Positions 28,455 through 37,937 of a stretch of DNA of 64,000 bases are shown piece by piece. The notes below the pieces were generated by a model, which was not told the origin of the DNA, made no database searches, and saw only the letters and a program-made list of their open reading frames with translations. The stretch lies in IMG/VR virus record IMGVR_UViG_3300036835_000208, one strand, 5' to 3'. Within the stretch, counting starts at the first letter, position 1. Each line of letters opens with the position of its first letter. The position numbers were made by a program, and so were the translations under genes. This DNA is from an uncultured virus (IMG/VR IMGVR_UViG_3300036835_000208) (Duplodnaviria; Heunggongvirae; Uroviricota; Caudoviricetes).

Positions 28455-29125
28455 CAGGAGAGGATCATCGGTGTGCCCATGACACCGAAGCCTGGTATCC
28501 CAGTCATAGGTGCAGACGGTGCGTGCATGTACCAGCGCAGATTCCTGGCGCGCGTACCCGGCTGCCCCGGTCTAGGGTAGAAGGTGTTGGCCCAGACCCG
28601 CGACTCTAGCGATGTCCGGTAGGTAGAAGTCATCACCTTGCGGAAGGCCAATTTCATCACTGGCCTACGCACCTTGCGCGTGGCAGTCTGATGGAGACCG
28701 AACTCGATGTAAAAAGCCTCGCGAGAGTCGTTATACATGATCCAGTAGCCGGTACGTATTTTTTTCACCTGCCAGCCCAGGTAGTAGCGCCAGGTGATTC
28801 TCGGTACAGGAGTCACCCAGGCCCTGCGGGTGTCCTTGGGGTCACGCTTCCAGCCTGCGCTGTATTTCTGCGCAAAACCCATGTCCAGCGTGGCCAGCAT
28901 CCGGCAGAGCTGATCGGCTGCCTTGGGAAAGAGCCGAGGCCGGTATTGCACCCACCGGAGCAGCTCCTCGATCGCCTCCAGGGACTCCAGGGTGATGTCC
29001 AGCGGTCTCTTACCCGGGACATTTTCATACATATAGCTCTGTTTGATATTGAACTGCCCGCCGTAGGGGCCACCAGTGACCGTCCGCGCCCTGCTACCCA
29101 TCTGAGTCCGGAAATTGGCTGCCAT
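28454..29125 (-). CDS. neck/tail completion protein (HK97 gp10-like)
   Basis: AFYIEFG...RRPVMKLA motif. Confidence 0.65.
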   Translation of the reverse strand: MAANFRTQMGSRARTVTGGPYGGQFNIKQSYMYENVPGKRPLDITLESLEAIEELLRWVQYRPRLFPKAADQLCRMLATLDMGFAQKYSAGWKRDPKDTRRAWVTPVPRITWRYYLGWQVKKIRTGYWIMYNDSREAFYIEFGLHQTATRKVRRPVMKLAFRKVMTSTYRTSLESRVWANTFYPRPGQPGTRARNLRWYMHAPSAPMTGIPGFGVMGTPMILS

Positions 29126-29622
29126 CAGAGCGGATCCTGGTTGATCAGCCTCAGCCCCACCTCATAGTGATGAAATGGGTTTCCATCGGCCGGGTCAGGG
29201 ATCAAGTTCGTGTTGACGACCATGAAGCGGCGATTCACGTATTCGATCCAGTCCTCCCCAGAGGTTGACCAGTCAGAGAAGTCGAGCGTGATCCCTTGCC
29301 AGTCGCAGGGGAAGATGCCCAGGTGGTCGTCCTCCTCGATCTGCCCGAACAGCACCAGCAGCTCCTCAGAGCGCAAGCGGGTAGCCCGTGTGGACTGGAT
29401 CGGCTGCACAAAAGCTTTCACCTGATAATGCTTGATGTCGGTACCGGGGAGAAAGCCAGCCTCATTACATATCGGCTCAACCGTATGGTTCAAATGCCAT
29501 ATAGGATCTCGATAGCCCTCTGGGGTTCGGCAAGGACAGGGCAAGGTCGAGTCATCTCGATGGAAGATTACATCGGAGCCCGACACGTTGAGCAAGTCCA
29601 GAAACCGAGGCACATTGCTCAA
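29125..29622 (-). CDS. head closure/neck protein
   Basis: CPC...C.E.GF motif, position. Confidence 0.55.
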   Translation of the reverse strand: MSNVPRFLDLLNVSGSDVIFHRDDSTLPCPCRTPEGYRDPIWHLNHTVEPICNEAGFLPGTDIKHYQVKAFVQPIQSTRATRLRSEELLVLFGQIEEDDHLGIFPCDWQGITLDFSDWSTSGEDWIEYVNRRFMVVNTNLIPDPADGNPFHHYEVGLRLINQDPL

Positions 29623-30321
29623 CTAGAGAACCTCCACCAGCAGGCGTGTCTGATCCAGCTCTGCGCCGAACAGTCGCGGTTTCCCAGTCCCACAGAGCCC
29701 ATTATCGTTAGCCAGGGCCATCAGAGCCACGACGCTGTAGTCAAGGCCGAGATCCTTGTTGGCCGCAGCAATGAGAGCCTTAATTGCATCTTGCCGCCCC
29801 TTCAGTGCGGTATCGCTGATTTTTTGACTGACAATTCCAGCGATGTATTCCGAAGCCGTAACTGCACCCGCGCCAGTGACCACATAGCACATGGCCAGGG
29901 TCATGTTGGTCAGGCCACGGGTCTGAGTCGGCGTCATCTGTTCGGCAGGCCCGTAGGGATCAATCCCCATCTGGTACAGGGCAGCCTCAGCCTCCTGGAC
30001 AACGATCTCCCGGTTCAACGTGGGATCCCTGAGCATCACCCTGTCCACGATCGCACCCAGGGCAGTCTGCGTATCGCCCTTGACTGGCTGTGAGAGATCG
30101 CTCGTGGCTCCCTTGGAGTCGATCCACTCGATGGCGAACCAGTTGGTCTCACTGACAGCATTGGCCGTCGTGTACTCAGAAATGTAATCCGGGTAGCTGC
30201 CGATCCCGGTAACGGAATCGATGATCGTGAACGGGCCAAGAGAACTCGAAGATTCGTAGATGTGCAGCGATACCAAGTCCTGCACATCCGGTGCCACAAA
30301 CTCAAGATGTACGGATGCCAT
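29623..30321 (-). CDS. head-tail adaptor with N-terminal Ig/FnIII-like domain
   Basis: Beta-rich N-terminus, helical C-terminus, position. Confidence 0.5.
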   Translation of the reverse strand: MASVHLEFVAPDVQDLVSLHIYESSSSLGPFTIIDSVTGIGSYPDYISEYTTANAVSETNWFAIEWIDSKGATSDLSQPVKGDTQTALGAIVDRVMLRDPTLNREIVVQEAEAALYQMGIDPYGPAEQMTPTQTRGLTNMTLAMCYVVTGAGAVTASEYIAGIVSQKISDTALKGRQDAIKALIAAANKDLGLDYSVVALMALANDNGLCGTGKPRLFGAELDQTRLLVEVL

Positions 30322-30323
30322 AG

Positions 30324-32453
30324 CTACCTCTCGTACCAGATCGGTTTAACAGCACTGATGAGTACATTTTCATACATACCAACTGAGAGCAGAATATTGT
30401 CTTTCCTGCCAAATTCATTCAGGATCAGATGTGGAGGAATCCCGTCAAGCGTGAGGATGCCCACAGGAGCGTCCACAAAGACGTTGATGATCTGGCCAGA
30501 GATCGGTGGAACTCCAGTCAGAGTCAGTGAGCCCACAGGCACCTGGAAGCGCACAGTGCTCCCTGGAGGCACTCCTGCCAGCGTCAGCAGACCAGCAGAA
30601 GCGACGACAGTGCTCCCGCCGGAGAATGCCGGGTCTGCAGCTATCAGATTGAGAATTCCAGCCGTAGCTGAAATAACACCGGATACCGGAAAAGTTACAG
30701 TAGAGATTGTGAGTGTGAGTACCCCTGCCGTAGGCTGAACAAATACCGTACTGGCTACCGTGATCGTCGGTGTGGGAGCAGTCAGATTAAGAACACCCGC
30801 AGGAGCTGCCGTCTGGGTAACGACTCCCGCTGTGGGCGCAACAGCAGTCAGGTTGAGCACACCAGCAGGCGCTGTAGCTCCCTGAGAAATACTCAACGAC
30901 GGCGCGGAGGCCGTCAGACTAAGGGTGCCCGCAGGAGCTGCGACTACTGTTGCTGAAACGGGAGTCGGAGCAGGAGCTGTAAGATTGAGAACACCGGCCG
31001 TGGCAGTGACAATGCTGTTTGCCGTCGCATAACCTGTAAGGCTGAGCTGAGTGCTAGGAAGCAGCGAACTCCGACCATAGTTGTAATGCGCAAGAATCTG
31101 AGCCGGTGTCAGAACAACGTTGTATAGGGCGATTTCATCGACCGCACCATTATGGAACCCGCTGACGCTATAGGGAGCTGCGCAGATTCGCAACGGCATC
31201 GTAGAGCTAGGAACAAAAACAGCACTCATGGGCGCGCCTGCTGATACCCCATTTATATAAAAGCGCCCCGTGGTACCGTCATGCGTAAAGACCGCGTGGT
31301 ACCACGTACCGGAAACCATATTTACCCCATTGACAATTTTCTGAACTGATCCATCTCCCCAGACAAGGTACAAAAGCTGCGTATTCGACTGTTTGATAAA
31401 TCCCCAGCCAGTCATATTTCCAGAGCTAACTGTGCAGACGACAAAAGTGTAAGCCGTGGGGTTTCCACCATCCCAACGAACCCAAGCCTCCGCAGAGAAC
31501 GGAGCACTGGGGTTGAGCGCAGCGGCGTAGGGGGTATTCAGGTATGCACTCGTACCGTTGAATACAACAGCATTGTCACCGGCAAGCAGCGGCCCTGCCG
31601 AGCCCAGAGTAGGCGAACCGAACGTTGTAAAATTGCGACCCCCGATCCGATCTACCATCGGGCCTGTCGTCTCTTCCAGCCGCCAGTAGGCAATAGGCGA
31701 ATCCTTCATCACCACATCCTGATACGAGTCGCTTTGTGCAACTACCTTAGGGACAGGTGTTGGCGCTGTAGCCGTGAGGCTAAGCTGACCTGCCGTAGCC
31801 GTAACCGTTGCGCCAGCAGACGGAGGTTTGAAGGCGACAGTAGCGGAGAACCCACTGTCTATAGTATTACAAGTCCAGTCACAAAAATAGCTACCTGAGG
31901 TAGTCTTACGATCAGCAGCGGGACAGAACACCCACGCCTGATCGCCGTCATTTGCGTAGCGATTCGTAAATCCTTGGCCAGTAGAAATGAGATCGGCACC
32001 ACCGTAGGTGACTCCGTTGGCCAGCACCAGTCCCGCCGCAGTGACCGTGACCGTAGGGGACTGAACTACTGTGTTGATGGACGGTGAATTCAGAGTGGTG
32101 TAGCCGAATACGTCAAGAGCGGCTGGGCCTACATACTCAAAAACACAGGGGATGACTGTTACCCCTGCCGAAACAAACGTCACAGTTGTGGCACCGGCGG
32201 CAGCATTGGCAAAATAGAACGTCTGCAAACGCCAGGCATTCAACCCTCCCATCGATGCAGAGTAAGGGCTGCCTACTGCTGTCCATGCCCCATTTACATT
32301 ATCTGACACTGTGCAGGCTTGAGTAGTCGAATTCCAGAATACATGACCGACTAGCAAATTGCCAGCCGCCACGTTACTGGGAAAAACGAGAGACTGTGGC
32401 GAGCTACCTACCGAGGCAATCGTTTTCTTCTGGACGAAATCACCGAAAGCCAT
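30324..32453 (-). CDS. virion fiber-like protein with LamG domain and AG.L.LTA repeats
   Basis: PIAYWRLEE, FSAEAWV, WYHAVFTHDG..FYING, DEIALYN; ~22-aa repeats. Confidence 0.75.
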   Translation of the reverse strand: MAFGDFVQKKTIASVGSSPQSLVFPSNVAAGNLLVGHVFWNSTTQACTVSDNVNGAWTAVGSPYSASMGGLNAWRLQTFYFANAAAGATTVTFVSAGVTVIPCVFEYVGPAALDVFGYTTLNSPSINTVVQSPTVTVTAAGLVLANGVTYGGADLISTGQGFTNRYANDGDQAWVFCPAADRKTTSGSYFCDWTCNTIDSGFSATVAFKPPSAGATVTATAGQLSLTATAPTPVPKVVAQSDSYQDVVMKDSPIAYWRLEETTGPMVDRIGGRNFTTFGSPTLGSAGPLLAGDNAVVFNGTSAYLNTPYAAALNPSAPFSAEAWVRWDGGNPTAYTFVVCTVSSGNMTGWGFIKQSNTQLLYLVWGDGSVQKIVNGVNMVSGTWYHAVFTHDGTTGRFYINGVSAGAPMSAVFVPSSTMPLRICAAPYSVSGFHNGAVDEIALYNVVLTPAQILAHYNYGRSSLLPSTQLSLTGYATANSIVTATAGVLNLTAPAPTPVSATVVAAPAGTLSLTASAPSLSISQGATAPAGVLNLTAVAPTAGVVTQTAAPAGVLNLTAPTPTITVASTVFVQPTAGVLTLTISTVTFPVSGVISATAGILNLIAADPAFSGGSTVVASAGLLTLAGVPPGSTVRFQVPVGSLTLTGVPPISGQIINVFVDAPVGILTLDGIPPHLILNEFGRKDNILLSVGMYENVLISAVKPIWYER

Positions 32454-34528
32454 CAGGGCACCACGATCTTCAAGCCGTCAACCGAAGTAATGTAACCTGG
32501 AGAAATCCCTACGGAGAGAATGTAATGATCATGGCCGAGGACAGGCCGGATGATGTGAACCGTGGTCACAGCAAAGTTGAGAACCCCGGATTGCTGTTTC
32601 GTGGCAATAGCCGGGAAGGGAGTCGTCCGGGCCAGAGTCAACAGGCCATAGGGAGCACGCACGATACTGGCGCGCAGTACCAGCGGAGCAACAGCCAGCA
32701 GGTTCAACAAGCTCGCAGTAGTAACAGATGTAATCCGAAGAACTGACGCACTACCGCCGCGCAACGTGACCAGACCCACAGGAGCCCGCGTAACGGTCAC
32801 GGTCGAAGAAGAGGGGGCAACGCCTGTCAGCGTCAGAATCCCAGCAGGAGGCTTTGCTGCTAGCCCCGCGCTAGGCACGGACACAGCCAGACTGAGAACA
32901 CCAGCGGCCGCGATCGGGCCGACACCAGGAGCCGGAACAGTGCGGGCCAGGTTGAGGATCCCCGGTGGGGTAACGGTAATTCTCTTGAACGTCGGCGTGG
33001 TACTGACCAAATTGAGAATCCCTGCAGTCGTGCTCAGAACTGACTTGAAAACTACTGAGCTGGCAGTCAGTGTCAGACGACCAGCCAGCGCAGACACAAC
33101 CGACGCGACTAGGAAGTTGACAGGGGGAACAGCAGTCAGGGTGAGAATCCCGGCCGGTACAGTGTATTTAGCTAACGATGAAGCTTTTGCTGCTGAGGCT
33201 GTCAGGTTGAGAACTCCAGCAGTCACCGGATACGCAGCCTTGACCAGCGGTATCGCCACCGAAAGAGTCAGAGATCCCGCAAGTGTAATAATGCGCGAGC
33301 CCGCAGAGAACACAGGACTGGCTGCGGTAAAATTCAACACTGCTGCTGGAGTCACAATGCGAACCAGCACACTGACCAAGGGGTTAGCAGCAGCCAGGTT
33401 GAGAATACCGACGGGCGCAATCTTTTTCAGACCCGGCTGTGGTGCTGTTGCAGTCAGGGTCAGAATCCCAACTGGCGCAATTACCTTAGAACCCATGACC
33501 AGGCCAGGACTGACTACTGCCAGGTTGAGAATCCCCGCAGGAGATGCGGAGATCGTTTTCGACATCCGTGGCGTTGGCGGGCTGGCAGTGAGGCTGAGCG
33601 AGGCAGGAACGGCCACAACCGTCTGCCCACCCGATGCATTCGCTACTCCCGACGTGAGAGAAAGCGAGCCGACCGGAGCAGTTACTTTCAGTGTCGGTGC
33701 CGGTGTAGTAGAAGCGAGATTGAGCCTAGCGGCTGTAGCTGGAACGAGCCCTGACTGAATTACAGAAACAACCGGAGTCGTACTGGCCAGGGATAGCGAG
33801 CCCGCCGGAGCCACAAAGGTACGCTTGAAGGATGGATCGGCGCTGGCCAGATTCAACAGGCCAGCAGTAGCAAATGTAATAACCTGGACAGGAGGAATCG
33901 GGAAGGCTGCTTCCAACAGCGTCCAGCCGATGTTGGAAGTCGTACTAGCCTGGAAGTTGTACGTCCCCGTAGCGGCTACCTGACGGGCATAGATTTCCGT
34001 TCGCTGATTGGAGAAGTTGCCCGTGTTGCCCACCTGTGTCCAGCCACTTGAAATACCAGTCAGGTTAGCCGGGGCCGAAGCGCCCCCGGTACCGAATATC
34101 GTGAACAGCATGGCATCAGCAATCGTGGTCGTCAGGAACTCACCAGAGTCCGGCCTGATCGCGGGAGTGATGTCGAAGCCAAGCGCTGTGTCGTTGACCG
34201 TAAGAGCGCCTACGCTGTCGCAGGAGACCGCCACACAGGTACGGATTACCGTCCCAGTATCACTGATCGTGATGGTATCACCGACTACCAGTGCCGCCGT
34301 TATCTTCGAGATCCAGAAGCTTGTAAAATAGCTCCCGGATCCCGAGATGTGGCTCATCACGGTCGTGTAGGTATTTCCTTTACTGTCCGTGAGCGTGCAG
34401 TCAGTCGTGTTCGTCCCTGCACGAGTCATGGCCACAATTACAACAGAATCAATGGCTACCGCCGACCCTATCGTTATGACAGGGTTTGCTGTAGAGACGT
34501 TTCTGGTACCGAGCTGAGTTAATGCCAC
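32453..34528 (-). CDS. virion fiber-like repeat protein
   Basis: About 20 copies of a PAG(I/S)L(N/T)L.A..P repeat. Confidence 0.7.
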   Translation of the reverse strand: MALTQLGTRNVSTANPVITIGSAVAIDSVVIVAMTRAGTNTTDCTLTDSKGNTYTTVMSHISGSGSYFTSFWISKITAALVVGDTITISDTGTVIRTCVAVSCDSVGALTVNDTALGFDITPAIRPDSGEFLTTTIADAMLFTIFGTGGASAPANLTGISSGWTQVGNTGNFSNQRTEIYARQVAATGTYNFQASTTSNIGWTLLEAAFPIPPVQVITFATAGLLNLASADPSFKRTFVAPAGSLSLASTTPVVSVIQSGLVPATAARLNLASTTPAPTLKVTAPVGSLSLTSGVANASGGQTVVAVPASLSLTASPPTPRMSKTISASPAGILNLAVVSPGLVMGSKVIAPVGILTLTATAPQPGLKKIAPVGILNLAAANPLVSVLVRIVTPAAVLNFTAASPVFSAGSRIITLAGSLTLSVAIPLVKAAYPVTAGVLNLTASAAKASSLAKYTVPAGILTLTAVPPVNFLVASVVSALAGRLTLTASSVVFKSVLSTTAGILNLVSTTPTFKRITVTPPGILNLARTVPAPGVGPIAAAGVLSLAVSVPSAGLAAKPPAGILTLTGVAPSSSTVTVTRAPVGLVTLRGGSASVLRITSVTTASLLNLLAVAPLVLRASIVRAPYGLLTLARTTPFPAIATKQQSGVLNFAVTTVHIIRPVLGHDHYILSVGISPGYITSVDGLKIVVP

Positions 34529-34888
34529 TTACTCAGTGGGAAGTTCCTCGACACTCTCCACTTGCCACTGGCTTGCCATGATTTCATCAAGGTTGTCCCA
34601 CTCAGCTTGAAATTCCTCGTCAGTGATGTCCCCGTCCTGGAGCTTCTGCTCCAGCTCCTGACGCTTCTCAGGAGATTGCCAGGAAGCCGTTGCTTCCCTG
34701 AGAGCTTGCTGCTCTGCACGGAGCTGTGCCGTCTTTTCGTTGGAGGCAATAACGTGGTGATAGCTGATGTTCTCCCTCGTGACCGTCCTCTCCTCTGAGT
34801 CAGGAACGGCCGGATCAGGGGGAAGCGTCTCCTCGTACTGGTAAGGAGTACCTTCTGGCGGACGCATTACAACTTGATAGTAGCCCAA
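34529..34888 (-). CDS. acidic hypothetical protein
   Basis: RBS GGAGGAG before a TTG start. Confidence 0.55.
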   Translation of the reverse strand: MGYYQVVMRPPEGTPYQYEETLPPDPAVPDSEERTVTRENISYHHVIASNEKTAQLRAEQQALREATASWQSPEKRQELEQKLQDGDITDEEFQAEWDNLDEIMASQWQVESVEELPTE

Positions 34889-34889
34889 T

Positions 34890-35240
34890 TTATTCTCCTC
34901 CGATCTTCTGCACCTTGTACGGCTCACGTTCGGTGTACTTCACCTGCACATCACGATCCAGGTTTTCACCGATTGTAATTTGCGCTCCTCGCATCCGTTC
35001 CACCAGCCAGCGAGGAATCGTCAGTGCCTCTGCTCCGGTGTTCTGCTGGATGACCCAGGCGAAGCAGATAGCCACGTTGGCGACCGACTCCATTCCGTAT
35101 TTCAGACTGGCCACTTCTGCAGACAGCTCTTTGATTTGAGCTGCCTGCACCTTGACCATCTCTTCAGGCGTAGGCAGCTCAAATCGACCTTCCTTCGTTT
35201 TTGCAGGAGGCCAGACCCCAGCCGGAGCTTTGACAATCAC
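34890..35240 (-). CDS. hypothetical protein
   Basis: ORF in the structural operon, start uncertain. Confidence 0.5.
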   Translation of the reverse strand: MIVKAPAGVWPPAKTKEGRFELPTPEEMVKVQAAQIKELSAEVASLKYGMESVANVAICFAWVIQQNTGAEALTIPRWLVERMRGAQITIGENLDRDVQVKYTEREPYKVQKIGGE

Positions 35241-35269
35241 TTCATTCGGACTGGGGCGGATTATCCGGC

Positions 35270-35719
35270 TCACGCTGCTACAGCTTTCAGCGCCCCCGTC
35301 GCGTCCCACTGGATTGTAAATGTCCCGGCCGTGACAGAGACATTCCCGGCAAAGTCCACATAGCCCATCAGCGGACTCGTCGTTGCGGTACCCGTATCTT
35401 TCCTGATGATCGCGAAGGCCGCTGTAATTGTCGCGGAGGTTGCCGACCAGTCCGTCGCAATCAGTCTGACCTCATTCGTCGCACCGTTGTAGCTCGTGCT
35501 TCGTCCCGGCAGAGCCAGTCCACCGGACACGTAGGTACCGCTGGCCCCGACCTCATTCGTGGCCGAGGGGCTGAAATAGTGGTCAGTGTCCTGATTGGGA
35601 GCGTAGGAGGACGTGTGCAGGCTGACCTTGATCGAATCTGTTACCCAGTCGATCCGCTCAGCAGCAGTAGCGCCCCACTGGCCCAGTGCTGTCAGTCCGT
35701 ACCATTTAGTCGAAGCCAT
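35270..35719 (-). CDS. virion structural protein
   Basis: IDWVTDSIKVSL..NEV..GTYVSGG..PLMGYVDF..GTFTIQW, a family commonly found before head-fiber genes. Confidence 0.6.
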   Translation of the reverse strand: MASTKWYGLTALGQWGATAAERIDWVTDSIKVSLHTSSYAPNQDTDHYFSPSATNEVGASGTYVSGGLALPGRSTSYNGATNEVRLIATDWSATSATITAAFAIIRKDTGTATTSPLMGYVDFAGNVSVTAGTFTIQWDATGALKAVAA

Positions 35720-35729
35720 TTCACATCAC

Positions 35730-36776
35730 CTACGGAAGGGTGATCTTCTGGACGGAATTGGCCATGTCCGCGTACAGGCCCCGGCGCGCCCTTCCTACTT
35801 GCTGCCCTTCGATCAAGCGGGAGATGTCAGGCGGGCCGATGTCGATGCGCAGATCGTGATGCACGAACTCCTTGAAGCGCTGCTTGGGGAAGATGAAATA
35901 GCACGTCCCCGTGGTCACACCCGGATAGGTGATCAGCTTGACGCCGTTCTGGATCGAGGAGCCGTTGTAGTAGATGATGGTGTCCACGGGCACCCGGGCC
36001 AGTGGATTGCCCTGAGAGTCCCTTACAGGGGCGAGTAGGGCATCCTCGATCTTGAAGCGATCGGCCTCATTGGCGAGGATGATGCTGGGCGTGCGCTGCG
36101 GAGTGGCCTGCACCGCAGCTACATAAGCAGCCTGGAAGGTGAGCAGAACCTTCTCGCTGAGAGTTGCGCCCGTGGCGTTAGCCGCCGTCGAGTTCCCACC
36201 CGCATAGCTGAAGCCGGTGATCGGGCTGATGTGCAGATGGTTGAGGAGGTAATTGTAGCTTCGACCGAAGGCCCGGTTGTTGAGCGTGATGTCCCAGGTC
36301 TTGTCGAACTCAATTACATCCTCAGTCCACTCGAAGCCCGCCGCATAGGTCTGAATCGAGACGGTAGCCGGAACACCCTTAGCCAGCGTACCGAATACAA
36401 CCTCGCCACCCTCAAACTTCTCCAGGAAGTGAACGTTGGCCTGGAGGGTGTACTCGTTGAGCTGAATTACACCGCCGGGGAAGGGGCCGGGGATCATGTC
36501 GTAGATCGGGCCGTAGAGGAGCGGTACCTCAGCGAGACCGAAATCGACATCGACCCTGACCTTCTCCAGCAGATCCATCGAGCCAACAGCGGTTGTGATC
36601 ATTTCCGAGATCGGCCGCTTCAGCTCAACCTCATACATCTCGTCCAGGAAGGCGTCTACCTGAGCCTGCATCTCCCGAACGTTGTAAATCCGAATCGGGC
36701 CGTAGTCTGTCCGCCGCACCTCAGGTTTCCACACCTGATGTGCCAGCTCGACAAACTCCTCTGTTGCGATCGCCAT
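35730..36776 (-). CDS. major capsid protein (HK97 fold, inferred)
   Basis: 348 aa after scaffold and decoration genes, EGGEV.FG, TYAAGFEWT. Confidence 0.8.
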   Translation of the reverse strand: MAIATEEFVELAHQVWKPEVRRTDYGPIRIYNVREMQAQVDAFLDEMYEVELKRPISEMITTAVGSMDLLEKVRVDVDFGLAEVPLLYGPIYDMIPGPFPGGVIQLNEYTLQANVHFLEKFEGGEVVFGTLAKGVPATVSIQTYAAGFEWTEDVIEFDKTWDITLNNRAFGRSYNYLLNHLHISPITGFSYAGGNSTAANATGATLSEKVLLTFQAAYVAAVQATPQRTPSIILANEADRFKIEDALLAPVRDSQGNPLARVPVDTIIYYNGSSIQNGVKLITYPGVTTGTCYFIFPKQRFKEFVHHDLRIDIGPPDISRLIEGQQVGRARRGLYADMANSVQKITLP

Positions 36777-37163
36777 TTAGGATCCTCCGTTTAGAGCCCG
36801 CACACCGACGTAGTTATTTGCATCCTTGGCCTCCTCGACCTTGCAGGCCGGGGGATCTCCGGCCGTACCTGCCGTGGCCTGGAGATCAGTCAGGCAGTCA
36901 CAGAACTGCGGGTTTGTAGCCAGTGAGGCCGTAGTCCAGTAGAGCAGTGCTCCCTTGGCAGCGGCTAGACCAGCCGGGATTTTCACATACCAGATCCGCT
37001 CAGCCGTCTCAATGGCCATGTTACGGATCGCATCCGAAGCGCCGATGGTGTCCATCGCAAAGCCGTTCCAGCCCTCGATCCGGTACAGCTCACCGAAGGT
37101 CACGGCCTTGGTGGCCGGAACCGCCACGTTTACAGCTCGTCCATCTGTTTTCAACTGGCCCAT
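36777..37163 (-). CDS. capsid decoration/cement protein (DUF2190-like)
   Basis: DG..V.V..A...FGE...GFA, GALLYW. Confidence 0.65.
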   Translation of the reverse strand: MGQLKTDGRAVNVAVPATKAVTFGELYRIEGWNGFAMDTIGASDAIRNMAIETAERIWYVKIPAGLAAAKGALLYWTTASLATNPQFCDCLTDLQATAGTAGDPPACKVEEAKDANNYVGVRALNGGS

Positions 37164-37194
37164 CTAGATCCCTCCTGTTCGGGGAGTGGTGGTG

Positions 37195-37515
37195 CTATGA
37201 CGTTGCATCATCTTCTTCCAAGCGCGTGATGAGATCAGCCTTGAGGGCATTGGAGTCGTAGACGATCTCGCGATTGTCCAGCTCAGCTTTCAGATCAGCC
37301 ACGGTCATGTCGCTGTAAAACATGGCCTCTGCAGTCGGCTCCTCGGCATCACCAACGACTCCCTGCTGGAGAGTGCCATCCTCGTTGACCGTGGCCACCA
37401 TACCTGCCGCCAGGATCGTCTCAGCCCCTTCTGTGAGCGGAAGCCAGCCGACCGACTGCTCACCTTCGACCGGCGTGTACTCACTGGGCGGAACAACTAC
37501 CGGATCCATGTCCAT
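37195..37515 (-). CDS. acidic protein with C-terminal HeH/LEM(SAP)-like domain
   Basis: MTVADLKAELDNREI...KADLITRL. Confidence 0.75.
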   Translation of the reverse strand: MDMDPVVVPPSEYTPVEGEQSVGWLPLTEGAETILAAGMVATVNEDGTLQQGVVGDAEEPTAEAMFYSDMTVADLKAELDNREIVYDSNALKADLITRLEEDDATS

Positions 37516-37518
37516 TAA

Positions 37519-37935
37519 TTACACTCCTGCATCGTCATCTTCCAGCAGACTGATGAGATCAGCCTTGCTGGCATTGCTGGCATAGCTGATGCCTCGGTTG
37601 TCCAGCTCGGCCTTGAGATCGGTAACAGTCATGGCGTTGTAATCGACAGACTGAACCGTACCTCCATTCCCTGAATCCTCACCATCGGCAGCAGGCTCCG
37701 ACAGCTCATCCTGCGCGTAATCAGGAGAAAGCTCCATTCCTGCCTCTTCCGCAACCTCCAGCGACACCATCACCTGCCCCGATGTCGCAGGGTCAGGAGA
37801 AGCATACGCGCCTGGAGTCAGAATTACAGGCTCCATCTCCACTTCTTGATCCTCCGGTCGCAGATTTGGATTGTTCATATCCACATCGCTCGGATTGACC
37901 ACATCGGGGGTCGGCTCCGGCACTGGTTCGGACAT
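37519..37935 (-). CDS. acidic protein with C-terminal HeH/LEM(SAP)-like domain
   Basis: MTVTDLKAELDNRGI...KADLISLL. Confidence 0.75.
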   Translation of the reverse strand: MSEPVPEPTPDVVNPSDVDMNNPNLRPEDQEVEMEPVILTPGAYASPDPATSGQVMVSLEVAEEAGMELSPDYAQDELSEPAADGEDSGNGGTVQSVDYNAMTVTDLKAELDNRGISYASNASKADLISLLEDDDAGV

Positions 37936-37937
37936 TT

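Noticed and set aside
32766..33758. 330-aa plus-strand ORF and similar long antisense ORFs (9418, 26548, 43000, 56600, 59244)
   Set aside because: Shadow frames opposite well-supported genes in GC-rich DNA, with no recognisable motifs.
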